The position numbers and the translations under genes were made by a program. The notes below the pieces were generated by a model. The model saw nothing but the letters and a program-made list of their open reading frames with translations. It had not been told where the DNA came from and searched no databases. A stretch of 32,000 bases of DNA from Pseudomonas phage JM2: sequence record PP944331.1. The stretch is one strand, 5' to 3'. Shown here one piece after another: positions 1 through 8,749 of the stretch; within the stretch, counting starts at the first letter, position 1, and each line of letters begins with the position of its first letter.

Positions 1-2
1 GA

Positions 3-1343
3 TACCTTCAGAACATCCAGGTTCAAAACGGCGGCGGCATTTCCCTTGTGGGGGCCGTCCCGCCCGCGACCTGGGCGGCTCTGGAGACCAAGACCTATCA
101 GCTGACCGTAACCACGGACGGCCCGCCAGACATCAACGCCATCTTCCGTTTCGACTGGGACGGAACGGCGGACGATGCCAACTTGACGGTCCTGGGCTCG
201 CGTATCGTCGCCTTGCCGTACATCTTCGAGGCCCCCGCCAAGGAGGTCCTGGAGTGGAAAACGGACGTGCTCACGACCAATGATGGGTCGGAGCAGCGGG
301 TGCGCCTGCGCAAGAAGCCCCGCCAGTCCTTCAACGTCACCTATCCGATCCCCTACCAGGAAATGGCCCGGGCGGAGAACCTGGTGTACGGCTGGTTGAC
401 TCGCCGTTGGGCTGTCGCCCTCTGGTCTGAGGCCCAACAGGTCGGAACCCTGACGGCGGGCACGACCGTGATCAACATCGACACGACCGCCTCCGACTAC
501 CGGGACGGCGCGCTGATCATGATCTGGGAGTCCAACCGCAAGAGCGCGACCGCTGACGTGGGGATCGTTTCCGCCGGGACTTTGACGCTGAACCGACCGC
601 TGGCCGAAACCTTCAACAACCCCTGGATCGTGCCCGTGCGCCTTGGGCGGATTGTCGGCAACGTCTCGCGGGCGACCTCGGGCTACAACGGTTCACTGGA
701 AATGACCTATGAGTTCAGCGACAACATCGACCTGGACCCGCCAGCGGCTCCCACGCAGTTCCTCGGATATGACGTGTATTTTGACGAGGCGCTGAAGAAT
801 GGCGAGGCGCTGACGGACAGCCTTCAAGCCCGGGTTGATGTCGTGGACTACGGGACCGCGGCGGGGGCCAGCTTCTATTCGCCCTGGACCTACACGCGAA
901 TTGGACGCCCCTACAAGTTCTTGCTGCAGGGACTCCAGGACATCTGGAACTTCCGCAAGTTCCTTCACCGGCGTGCGGGACGCCTGCGCCCGTTCTGGGT
1001 TCCGACCTTCGAGAACAACATGCGGGTCGCCCAGACCGGCGAGCTGACCCAGAGCATCGAGGTGTATGCTGACGACTACCGCGAATTTGCGCCGAAGCGC
1101 ACGCACATCGGCATCCTCCTGGATGACGGAACGTGGTTGCTGCGGACGATCAATGCGGCGACGGCCTCGGGGACGGACACGGCGGTGATCGGTCTGGACG
1201 CCCCGATCGACATCAACGCCGACCGCATCCGCCAAATCAGCTTCCTGGGCCTGAAGCGCCTGGACGCGGATCGGGTAGAACTTCAGTGGAACTCCAACCG
1301 GGTCCTTGAATGTACGGTCCGCATGATGGAGATTCAACCATGA
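3..1343 (+). CDS. Phage tail-tip/tail structural protein (5' truncated at window edge)
   Basis: Frame is open upstream of the listed GTG at 48 to the window edge (YLQNIQVQNGGGISLVGAVPPATW...), stops at 1341-1343. It overlaps a DUF2163-like gene by ATGA. Position in the tail module supports the role; exact family not resolved. Confidence 0.5.
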   Translation, partial: YLQNIQVQNGGGISLVGAVPPATWAALETKTYQLTVTTDGPPDINAIFRFDWDGTADDANLTVLGSRIVALPYIFEAPAKEVLEWKTDVLTTNDGSEQRVRLRKKPRQSFNVTYPIPYQEMARAENLVYGWLTRRWAVALWSEAQQVGTLTAGTTVINIDTTASDYRDGALIMIWESNRKSATADVGIVSAGTLTLNRPLAETFNNPWIVPVRLGRIVGNVSRATSGYNGSLEMTYEFSDNIDLDPPAAPTQFLGYDVYFDEALKNGEALTDSLQARVDVVDYGTAAGASFYSPWTYTRIGRPYKFLLQGLQDIWNFRKFLHRRAGRLRPFWVPTFENNMRVAQTGELTQSIEVYADDYREFAPKRTHIGILLDDGTWLLRTINAATASGTDTAVIGLDAPIDINADRIRQISFLGLKRLDADRVELQWNSNRVLECTVRMMEIQP

Positions 1344-2149
1344 CGTATGACGCACGCGAGCGAAGCCTGTTTGAAGCCTACCCGGTCGAGCTGTACCTGT
1401 TCGCCCGGGGCGCGCAATACTGGCGCTACACCTCCGCGGATGAAGATAAGGTGGTGGATGGAGTGACCTACAACTCCGTCCAGATCAAGCGCGGGGCCTT
1501 CGAGCAGAACCAGGAAATGTCACGGAGCAACCTGACGCTGACGATGGATAAGGGCATCAGCTTCCTTGACCAGTTCCGCGGATCGCCGCCCACCGACATC
1601 GTCCAACTCACCATTCAGCGGTACCACGAGGGTGACGGACAGCTCGCCGTCCCGTGGGTCGGGCGAGTGGTGAACGTCAAATTCACGGAGCGCGAGGCGG
1701 AGGTGCGCCTTGAGCCGGTGTACACCTCCCTGCGCCGCCCGACCCTGCGCCGGATGTACCAAACAACTTGTCCCCACGTCCTGTATGGGGCCGCGTGCGG
1801 CCTGTCCTCCGCGAACTTCCGGGTGGACGCGACCCTCACGGGCGTCTCGGGGCGGGACCTCCTGTCACCGGCCTTCTCCGGCTTCGCTGACGGCTACTTC
1901 GCCGGGGGCTACGTGGATTGGGAGGTGGCCGGGGTCCTGGAACGGCGGTTCATCGTCGCGCACGTGGGGCAGACGATCACCCTCAATCTTCCGTTGGCCG
2001 GAATACCCGCCAACGCGACGGTCCGGGCCTATCCCGGGTGTGATCACACCCTGAATACGTGCCACAACAAGTTCAACAACGTGGACAACTACGGGGGTCA
2101 GCCGTTCTACCCGAAGAAGAACCCGATGAACGGCACCCCGATCTTTTGA
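1340..2149 (+). CDS. DUF2163/BR0599-like phage tail (baseplate hub-type) protein
   Basis: Motifs YQTTCPHVLYGAACGLS and C-terminal YPGCDHTLNTCHNKFNNVDNYGGQPF..P are typical of the phage BR0599/DUF2163 family. ATG at 1340 overlaps the upstream stop. Confidence 0.75.
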   Translation: MTYDARERSLFEAYPVELYLFARGAQYWRYTSADEDKVVDGVTYNSVQIKRGAFEQNQEMSRSNLTLTMDKGISFLDQFRGSPPTDIVQLTIQRYHEGDGQLAVPWVGRVVNVKFTEREAEVRLEPVYTSLRRPTLRRMYQTTCPHVLYGAACGLSSANFRVDATLTGVSGRDLLSPAFSGFADGYFAGGYVDWEVAGVLERRFIVAHVGQTITLNLPLAGIPANATVRAYPGCDHTLNTCHNKFNNVDNYGGQPFYPKKNPMNGTPIF

Positions 2150-2162
2150 GGAGGACCCCATC

Positions 2163-2396
2163 ATGGAGTGGGCTGTATATCTGATCATCTTCATCGTCGC
2201 GGCATACGCGGCGGTGGCCCTCGCCCCGAAGCAGGCCACCCCCAAACCCGCTTCGTTGGAGGACTTCCAATTCCCAACCGCGGAGCCTGGGCGACCGATC
2301 CCGGTTGTGTTCGGGACCGTTACCGTGAAGAGCCCGAACGTGGTATGGTACGGGGACTTGGCCAGCAGTCCCGTCAAGACGGACGGTGGCAAGTGA
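2163..2396 (+). CDS. Small membrane-anchored tail-module protein carrying a GRPIPVVFGTVTVKSPNVVWYGDL segment
   Basis: 77 aa, N-terminal TM segment (MEWAVYLIIFIVAAYAAVALAP) followed by a segment seen at the N-terminal side of tail-tip proteins. Overlaps the next gene by ATGA. Confidence 0.6.
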   Translation: MEWAVYLIIFIVAAYAAVALAPKQATPKPASLEDFQFPTAEPGRPIPVVFGTVTVKSPNVVWYGDLASSPVKTDGGK

Positions 2397-2599
2397 TGAA
2401 CAACGAGCCAGTGATGGTCCGGGTCGAACACGCCCGCGCCTTGGGCTACTGCTCCCGCGGCATGCGCGCCTTCGCCGCCCGACACGGGCTGGATTGGGGC
2501 CGCTTCGTCCACGAGGGCATCCCGGCGGAGGAGCTGGAGGCGACCGGCGATCATATGGCGCTACAAGTAGTGGAGAAGGCCCGTGGGCAGCAAATCTAG
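2396..2599 (+). CDS. Conserved small phage protein of the tail-tip module
   Basis: 67 aa MNNEPVMVRVEHARALGYCSRGMRAFAARHGLDWGRFVHEGIPAEELEATGDHMALQVVEKARGQQI. ATG at 2396 overlaps the upstream stop. Confidence 0.6.
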   Translation: MNNEPVMVRVEHARALGYCSRGMRAFAARHGLDWGRFVHEGIPAEELEATGDHMALQVVEKARGQQI

Positions 2600-4754
2600 T
2601 GTAACAATTGGGTACAAGTATTATCTTGGCGCCCACCTCGTGATCTGTCACGGGCCGGTCGATTCCGTCCAGGAAATCATCGTGGGCGACCGAACCGCCT
2701 GGAGCGGGAACGTGACGGCCTCACAGCAAATCTACGTCAACAGCCCGGAGTTGTTCGGCGGCGAGAAGAAGGAGGGGGGTGTCCAGGGTCGCGTGGACAT
2801 CATGATGGGGGAATCGAATCAGGGCCGCAACAGTTACCTCCAGTCCAAACTCGGCACGGTCATACCCGCTTTCCGGGGCGTCCTGTCCCTGGTCCTTCGG
2901 AAGGTGTACATGTGTGCCATGTCCCCCTACCCGAAGGCGTGGGCGCTGAAGGTGAAGCGCCTCCCGGGCAAGGATTGGTACCCGGAGAAGGCGGACATCA
3001 ACGGCTCCGCGAACCCGGCCCACGTCATCTATGAGACGCTGACGAACCCGGACTGGGGGATGGGATACCCGATCAATGCCCTGGATGACGCCGCCTTTCG
3101 CGCTGCGGCGGACACCCTTCACGCGGAAGGCTTGGGCGTGTCGATGATCATGACCAAGCAGGACTCCATCGAGTCCTTCATATACACGGTGCTGGGCCAC
3201 TGTAACGGGATGTTGTACACGCGACCCGACAACGGTCAATTCGTGGTGAGGTTGATCCGCGAGGACTACGTGGTGGCGGACCTCCCGCTGTTCAACGAGT
3301 CCAACACGATCCGGCTGGAGTCCTTCGAGCGCCCGGGCTACGCTGAAATTGTCAACGAAATCGTGGTCACCTACCGTCCGCAGGGCTCCACTGAGGATGA
3401 CTCCGTGACCGTCCAGGACCTCGCCGCGATCCAGGCCCAGCAGGGCGTGGTGAGCCAGACGGTGAACTATCCCGGGATTGACACGGCGGCGAACGCCGCG
3501 AAGCTGGCCATGCGCGACCTCCGCCAGAAGTCCACCCCCTTCGCACGCATCCGCATCCGGGTGAACCGGAACGCATGGAACCTGACCCTGGGGGACGTGT
3601 TCCGCTTCTCCTGGGATGAGCACAACCTCGTGGACATCGTGTTCCGCGTCCTCGGGGTGAACTACGGGGAGCTGACCAGCGGCGAAATCGTGGTGGATGC
3701 GGTCGAGGACATGTTTGGCCTTCCGTCCTCCACCTACATGGGCGACCAGGGCTCAGGATGGGTGGACCCGGTTCAAGCGCCCAACCCGTTCGTCCTCCGC
3801 CGTCTGGAGGAGGCGAACTATTGGGACTTGGCGAACGGTCTGCCCACGGGCGACTTCCAGGCGCTGGACAACACCTCCGCCTTCCTGATCGGCCTGATGG
3901 GCGAGCCCACCCAGTACCTCCAGAACTATGAACTGTGGACGAAGCCCACGGGCGGGTCCTACGCATACGCGGCCACCGGCGACCCCGCGGCGCACGCTAC
4001 GCTGACGAACGCGATCACGCCCACACAGACCTCCATCCAGCTGTCCAACCTGTCCTCCCGCACCGAATTTGCGCGGACGGGGACCTATGCGCTGATTGAC
4101 GACGAAATCGTGCGCGTGGACAATATCGACCTGGTGAACGGGATCGTGACAGTGGGTCGGGGTTGTTTGGATACCGTCTGCGCGGAACACGCAGCCGGGG
4201 CGCGGTTTTGGTTCGCGGAGGACGCCCGCGTGCGCGACCGGCTTGAGTACAACAGCGGCGAGACCATCGCCGCGAAGGGCCTGGGCCGGTCCGGGGTCGG
4301 CATTCTGGACCTGTCCGTTGCGCCGAAGGACTCGAAGGCGCTGGTGGGCCGTTTCGCACGCCCCTACGCTCCCGGGAACTTCCGGGTGAACAGTCTCCAG
4401 TATCCTTCGGCTATCCTCGGAGGTCTGAGCCTATCTTGGGCGCACCGCGACCGGACCCAGCAGGTGGTCCGTCCGATCATCGACCACTCCGCGGCGAACA
4501 TCGGCCCGGAGCCGGGGGTGACCTACCGCGTGGACATCTACGCGGCCAACGGCAGCACGCTCTTGAAGTCGGAGCCGGGCCTGACCGGCACTAGCTGGAC
4601 CTGGACCAACGAGGCGACGGAGAACACCGCGGGCCGGAACCGGATCAAGGTCACGGCGGTCCGCGACGGTCTGGACAGCTACCAATCCCACGATTGGTAT
4701 GTGGATCGGGCCGGACTCGGAAACAATCTTGGAAACTATCTTGGAGGTTTGTGA
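2583..4754 (+). CDS. Large phage tail-tip/host-specificity (J-like) protein
   Basis: 723 aa, GTG start. N-terminus SVTIGYKYYLGAHLVICHGPVDSVQEIIVGDRTAWSG is typical of phage tail-tip proteins; C-terminal fibronectin-like segment. Confidence 0.7.
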   Translation: MGSKSSVTIGYKYYLGAHLVICHGPVDSVQEIIVGDRTAWSGNVTASQQIYVNSPELFGGEKKEGGVQGRVDIMMGESNQGRNSYLQSKLGTVIPAFRGVLSLVLRKVYMCAMSPYPKAWALKVKRLPGKDWYPEKADINGSANPAHVIYETLTNPDWGMGYPINALDDAAFRAAADTLHAEGLGVSMIMTKQDSIESFIYTVLGHCNGMLYTRPDNGQFVVRLIREDYVVADLPLFNESNTIRLESFERPGYAEIVNEIVVTYRPQGSTEDDSVTVQDLAAIQAQQGVVSQTVNYPGIDTAANAAKLAMRDLRQKSTPFARIRIRVNRNAWNLTLGDVFRFSWDEHNLVDIVFRVLGVNYGELTSGEIVVDAVEDMFGLPSSTYMGDQGSGWVDPVQAPNPFVLRRLEEANYWDLANGLPTGDFQALDNTSAFLIGLMGEPTQYLQNYELWTKPTGGSYAYAATGDPAAHATLTNAITPTQTSIQLSNLSSRTEFARTGTYALIDDEIVRVDNIDLVNGIVTVGRGCLDTVCAEHAAGARFWFAEDARVRDRLEYNSGETIAAKGLGRSGVGILDLSVAPKDSKALVGRFARPYAPGNFRVNSLQYPSAILGGLSLSWAHRDRTQQVVRPIIDHSAANIGPEPGVTYRVDIYAANGSTLLKSEPGLTGTSWTWTNEATENTAGRNRIKVTAVRDGLDSYQSHDWYVDRAGLGNNLGNYLGGL

Positions 4755-5239
4755 TGGCTATCAGTAACGGCCCGAACTTGGGCATCATGGTGAACGGCGC
4801 GCTGGGGGACCAGCACTACAACCAATTCATGTCTTTCCTCCGCGCGGTGGACGGCCTTCTCATGGGCCACGCGAAGTCCGCGACCACGACCGCCCAACCG
4901 GCTTCGCCCGCGGACGGGGACGTGTACGTGCTCCCGGCGAGCCCGACCGGCGCGAACTGGTCGGGGCAGGGCCAACGGGTCGCGCGTTATTCGAGCGTGG
5001 CGACGGCCTGGGAGTTCTTCGCGCCGAAGAAGGGGTGGACCATTTCCGTGGAGAATACCAACAGCACCTACTGGTATGACGGAAGCGCGTGGAAGTTCCT
5101 CCGCGGCTACGGCACGACCGCGAACCGCCCGGCAGCGAGCGCCGCCCTGATCGGGGGCCAATACTTCGACACTACCCTGGGCAAGCCGATATGGTCCACG
5201 GGCTCCGCCTGGGTGGACGCGACCGGGGCGACCGTCTAA
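4754..5239 (+). CDS. DUF2793-like tail/fiber-associated protein
   Basis: 161 aa from ATG 4754, with ADGDVYVLPASPTGANWSGQGQRVARYSS..WEFFAPKKGW and repeated YWYDGSAWK / STGSAW patterns typical of DUF2793. Confidence 0.6.
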   Translation: MAISNGPNLGIMVNGALGDQHYNQFMSFLRAVDGLLMGHAKSATTTAQPASPADGDVYVLPASPTGANWSGQGQRVARYSSVATAWEFFAPKKGWTISVENTNSTYWYDGSAWKFLRGYGTTANRPAASAALIGGQYFDTTLGKPIWSTGSAWVDATGATV

Positions 5240-5244
5240 AATTT

Positions 5245-5292
5245 GCCAAGTTGTCTTGGGTTCCGTAAAATACGGCCCAAGATCATCTTGGC
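5245..5292 (+). promoter_or_regulatory. Compound inverted repeat / hairpin between tail and lysis-type genes
   Basis: Three nested perfect stems: GCCAAG (5245-5250)/CTTGGC (5287-5292), TCTTGGG (5254-5260)/CCCAAGA (5276-5282), CCGTA (5263-5267)/TACGG (5271-5275) with an AAA loop. Confidence 0.7.
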
Positions 5293-5306
5293 GCGAGGAC
5301 CCCGAT

Positions 5307-5651
5307 ATGCCCATGACCCCGGAGCAAGTCGAAGACATCGCCGTTGCGGCTGCGACCCGGGCGGCGAAACTATCCGTGGAGGACGCGGCGAAGCGAGCCG
5401 CGGAAACCGTAGCCATGTCACACGCGGAGCTGAACAGCGTAGTGGCGGAGGCCGTGAAGCAAACACTGATCCAGCTCGGGGTGGACACCTCGGACCCGCT
5501 CTCCATGCAGCGAGACTTCCAACACCTCCGTCAGTGGCGCGAGTCCGGGGAGGACCTGAAGCGCAAGGGCACCGTCGCCCTCCTGGGCATCTTCTTCTCG
5601 GGGCTGGTCAGCTTGCTCCTCCTCGGGCTCAAGGAGTGGTTCCACAAATGA
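5307..5651 (+). CDS. Small single-TM phage protein (holin candidate)
   Basis: Helical N-terminus followed by KRKGTVALLGIFFSGLVSLLLLGLKEWFHK. Located after tail genes. Start taken at ATG 5307 within the 5256..5651 ORF. Confidence 0.45.
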   Translation: MPMTPEQVEDIAVAAATRAAKLSVEDAAKRAAETVAMSHAELNSVVAEAVKQTLIQLGVDTSDPLSMQRDFQHLRQWRESGEDLKRKGTVALLGIFFSGLVSLLLLGLKEWFHK

Positions 5652-5868
5652 GAATGCGCTTGGGATACTTACCTTCACACCTGAAGAAGTATAGACCCCA
5701 AGCGCCATCGAAAGCCCAGCGCCGTAACAGCTCCGACCCTCCTGCGCTTAGGTTACTTCACTTTCTCCAGTTCGTTTCTACTTCGCCCGATAAATCGCCC
5801 GGACCCCCTGCCCAGGGAGGCGACCGGCGACCGTTCCTGCGGTTCGGAGGCCGTCCGGGGGTTTAAGG

Positions 5869-5915
5869 TAAGTAAGTTAAGTAAGTTAAGAAGAAGAAGA
5901 AGAAGAATATATAAA
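5869..5915. repeat. Iteron-like direct repeats plus purine tract and AT-rich run
   Basis: TAAGTAAGT (5869-5877), TAAGTAAGT (5878-5886), TAAG, then (AAG)6 at 5888-5905, then AATATATAAA (5906-5915), in an otherwise GC-rich genome. Confidence 0.75.
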
Positions 5916-5917
5916 CC

Positions 5918-5932
5918 CCCAGCCCCGCTGGG
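5918..5932. repeat. Short perfect hairpin
   Basis: CCCAGC-CCC-GCTGGG immediately next to the AT-rich run. Confidence 0.5.
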
Positions 5933-6016
5933 CTTCCCTGCCTACTCCACTTCATACTTCTCCAGCACACGAAGTCGAGCGTTGGGCCCCCGTCCCAAGC
6001 GCACATGATTCTCCGC

Positions 6017-6045
6017 TCGCCTTCTCCGCCCTGCTGGGCTATACT
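6017..6045 (+). promoter_or_regulatory. Degenerate member of the phage promoter-like family
   Basis: TCGCCT-17 nt-TATACT, with CTTCTCCG where the other copies have CTTCTTCGG; upstream of the helicase gene. Confidence 0.4.
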
Positions 6046-6078
6046 TCCGGGCATCACTATGAGAAATGGAGCCGCCCT

Positions 6079-7773
6079 ATGGAATACCCCTTCAAGACCG
6101 AACCCTTCAACCACCAGCGCGAGGAGTGGTTGCGCTCCCGCGAAGAAGAAGCCCGCGCGATCTTCTGGGAACAGGGCACCGGCAAGTCCAAGCTGACCAT
6201 CGACACCGCCTGCTGGCTCTGGCTCCGCGGGCTCATCGACGGCGTGCTGGTGGTCGCCCCGAACGGCGTACACCGCAACTGGGTTGAGAAGGAAATCCCG
6301 GACCACGTACCCGATGAGGTGATCAAGCACGTCCGGGCCTTCCACTACCAGAGCCCGAAGGCCAGCACCAAGTGGCACAAGCAGGCGGTCAAGGCCGTCA
6401 TCGAGCATAAGGGCTTCGCCTGGCTCACCATCAGCTATGAAGCCTTCATGACCGCCTCCGGGAAGCGGGCGCTGATTGACTTCTTCGACAAGCGCCGCCT
6501 CCTGTACGTCCTGGATGAGGCGCACTACATCAAGACCCCGACCGCGGAGCGCACCAAGTCCATCCTCCGCTCCGCGAAGTACGCGCCATTCAGGCGGGTC
6601 CTGACCGGGACCCCGATTGCTCAGGGACCCTTCGACGCCTACAGCCAGATCAAGTTCCTGATCGAGGACTACTGGAAGCAGCACCGCTTGGGCACCTTCA
6701 CGGAGTTCAAGCAGCACTTCGGTATCTGGAAGAAGGGCTGGAACCCGACCGCCTTCAACCCCAAGACCAAGAAGAATGACGGCAACGAGTATGACGTGCT
6801 GGTGGGCTATCGCCGCCTGGACGATCTGAACGCCCTACTCCAGCCCGTCTCCTCCCGGGTCACGAAGGATGACGTGCTGGACCTCCCGCCGAAGCTGTAC
6901 AGCAAGCGGTTCTTCCCGATGACCCCGGAGCAGGGCAAGCTGTATCGCCAGTTGCGTGATGAGTATATCGTGTGGCTGGAGACGGGCGGGATTGAGCGGG
7001 ACGCGGAAGCGGTCGCCGCGGAGCCGTCGCCGGACGCCTGCCCGACCTGCTTGGGCAAACGTGAGGTGGAGTCTGACGGCTTCATCTACCCCTGCCCCGA
7101 CTGCGGGGACGCCCCCGACCTGGGCGCGGAGGGCACCACCCCGGTCATCGCCGCCCTCGCCATCACCCGGCTCCTCCGTCTCCAGCAGATCACCTGCGGC
7201 TACCTCCCGACCGACGATGAAGCGGAACCCGTGTACACAATCCCGGGGCCGAACCGTCGCCTTGACCTGCTCTGCGATCTGATCGAGGAGTCCCAGCACA
7301 AGGTGATCGTCTGGGCCCGGTTCCAGATGGACATCACGTTGATCATGGACGCCCTCCGCGAGCGCGGCATCAGCGCAGTCCGCTATGACGGGCTGGTGAA
7401 CGACGATGAGCGGGCGGAGGCCAAGGCCCGGTTCCAGGGCGAGCGCCCCCTGTACCATAACGGGCAGGTGGTCGGGCGGGAGGCCGTCCCGCCGGAGGAA
7501 CAGGCCCGCGTGTTCGTGGGCAATCCCGCGGCGGGGGCGACGGGTCTGACCTTGACGGCAGCCAAGACTGTCATCTATTATTCCAACAGCTTCAAGCTGA
7601 TCGACCGCCTTCAGTCGGAGGACCGCGCCCACCGGATCGGACAGACCAACAACGTGCTGTACATCGACCTCGTGGCTGAGGACTCCGTGGATGAGAAGGT
7701 GGTGGAAGCGTTGAGGAACAAATTCAACGTGGCGAGCCAGATCACCGGCGACCGCCTCAAAGACTGGTTGTGA
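6079..7773 (+). CDS. SNF2-family DNA helicase/ATPase
   Basis: Motifs EQGTGKSKLTIDT (Walker A), VLDEAH, LTGTP, NPAAGATGLTLTAAKTVIYYS, DRAHRIGQTN; inserted CPTC...CPDC zinc-knuckle-like segment. Confidence 0.9.
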   Translation: MEYPFKTEPFNHQREEWLRSREEEARAIFWEQGTGKSKLTIDTACWLWLRGLIDGVLVVAPNGVHRNWVEKEIPDHVPDEVIKHVRAFHYQSPKASTKWHKQAVKAVIEHKGFAWLTISYEAFMTASGKRALIDFFDKRRLLYVLDEAHYIKTPTAERTKSILRSAKYAPFRRVLTGTPIAQGPFDAYSQIKFLIEDYWKQHRLGTFTEFKQHFGIWKKGWNPTAFNPKTKKNDGNEYDVLVGYRRLDDLNALLQPVSSRVTKDDVLDLPPKLYSKRFFPMTPEQGKLYRQLRDEYIVWLETGGIERDAEAVAAEPSPDACPTCLGKREVESDGFIYPCPDCGDAPDLGAEGTTPVIAALAITRLLRLQQITCGYLPTDDEAEPVYTIPGPNRRLDLLCDLIEESQHKVIVWARFQMDITLIMDALRERGISAVRYDGLVNDDERAEAKARFQGERPLYHNGQVVGREAVPPEEQARVFVGNPAAGATGLTLTAAKTVIYYSNSFKLIDRLQSEDRAHRIGQTNNVLYIDLVAEDSVDEKVVEALRNKFNVASQITGDRLKDWL

Positions 7774-7780
7774 GACTACT

Positions 7781-8134
7781 ATGAGCCGTGTATTTGTTGT
7801 ACAGAACCAACACCGCTGGGACCGCGACAAGCAGCGGTTCGAGCCCAAATTCAACCTCGCCCCGGCGGAGGAGTTCGGTGAGCTGGTGTACTTGCTCAGC
7901 CCGACCGCGGCCCCGTTCCGCCCGGAGCCTATCATTGACGAGCTGAAGGAGAAGCTGGCCGACTTCGGGCCGGGGGACCACCTCCTGCTCGTGGGCAATC
8001 CGGTCCTGATCGGGTTCGCCGTCGCTATCGCCGCGGACGCCAATGACGGGGACGTGTCCCTGCTCCAGTGGAGCGGCAAGGACCAACGCTACATCGCGGT
8101 GGATGCCTCGGGCCTCTTTACTTCTTCCGATTGA
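7781..8134 (+). CDS. Conserved small phage protein of unknown function
   Basis: 117 aa MSRVFVVQNQHRWDRDKQRFEPKFNLAPAEEFGELVYLLSP... between helicase and a promoter-like element. Confidence 0.7.
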   Translation: MSRVFVVQNQHRWDRDKQRFEPKFNLAPAEEFGELVYLLSPTAAPFRPEPIIDELKEKLADFGPGDHLLLVGNPVLIGFAVAIAADANDGDVSLLQWSGKDQRYIAVDASGLFTSSD

Positions 8135-8145
8135 CCGGCTATACT
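8117..8145 (+). promoter_or_regulatory. Phage promoter-like element (copy 1)
   Basis: TTTACT(8117-8122)-17 nt-TATACT(8140-8145), followed by TCTTCAG; matches four other intergenic copies. Confidence 0.7.
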
Positions 8146-8193
8146 TCTTCAGCGTGATTGGGATACCCCCTCACCGAAGAAACGGAGAACCCT

Positions 8194-8739
8194 ATGTCAA
8201 GTGAAAACGCATACCTGGACTATGTCCAGCCCCAGACCGCCGGTGGCGAACTGAGCCAACTCACCCAGCTGGCCGAACAACAGGCCGCTGCTCAGTTGAA
8301 GGTCTCAGACCTCGAAGCCCAACTCAACAAGGCCCGCGAAGAACTCCGCGACATCGCGGAGCGCCAGGTGCCTGAACTCATGGACCAGATCGGCATTGGC
8401 GAGTTCAAGACCACCACCGGCCTGAAGATCAAGATTGACGAGACGATCCGCGCCAGCATCCCGAAGGCCAAGGCCCCGCTCGCCTTCGCCTGGCTCAAGC
8501 AGAACGGCCATGCCGCGATGATCAAGCGTGTGGTCGCCGTCGCCTTCGGCAAGGGCGAGGACGAGAAGGCTGACGAACTGCGCCAGCGTCTCGCGGACGA
8601 GTTCGAGGTGGACGACAACGCCAGTGTCCATCCTTCGACCCTTGCCGCTTTCGTCCGCGAGAAGCTGCGTGAAGGCGAGGAAGTCCCCCTGGACCTGTTC
8701 GGGGTCCATCGTCAGCGCGTGTCCAAGATCGAAGTGTGA
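8194..8739 (+). CDS. Coiled-coil phage protein of unknown function (replication region)
   Basis: ATG at 8194 (MSSENAYLDYVQPQTAGGELSQLTQLAEQ...), coiled-coil region, continuous ORF to 8739. Confidence 0.65.
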   Translation: MSSENAYLDYVQPQTAGGELSQLTQLAEQQAAAQLKVSDLEAQLNKAREELRDIAERQVPELMDQIGIGEFKTTTGLKIKIDETIRASIPKAKAPLAFAWLKQNGHAAMIKRVVAVAFGKGEDEKADELRQRLADEFEVDDNASVHPSTLAAFVREKLREGEEVPLDLFGVHRQRVSKIEV

Positions 8740-8749
8740 CCAGAATGCC

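Noticed and set aside
5243-5866. 207-aa + strand ORF over the membrane-protein gene and downstream non-coding region
   Set aside because: Composition is typical of an out-of-frame GC-rich ORF and overlaps the convincing 5307-5651 gene; it was not used to explain the iteron region.
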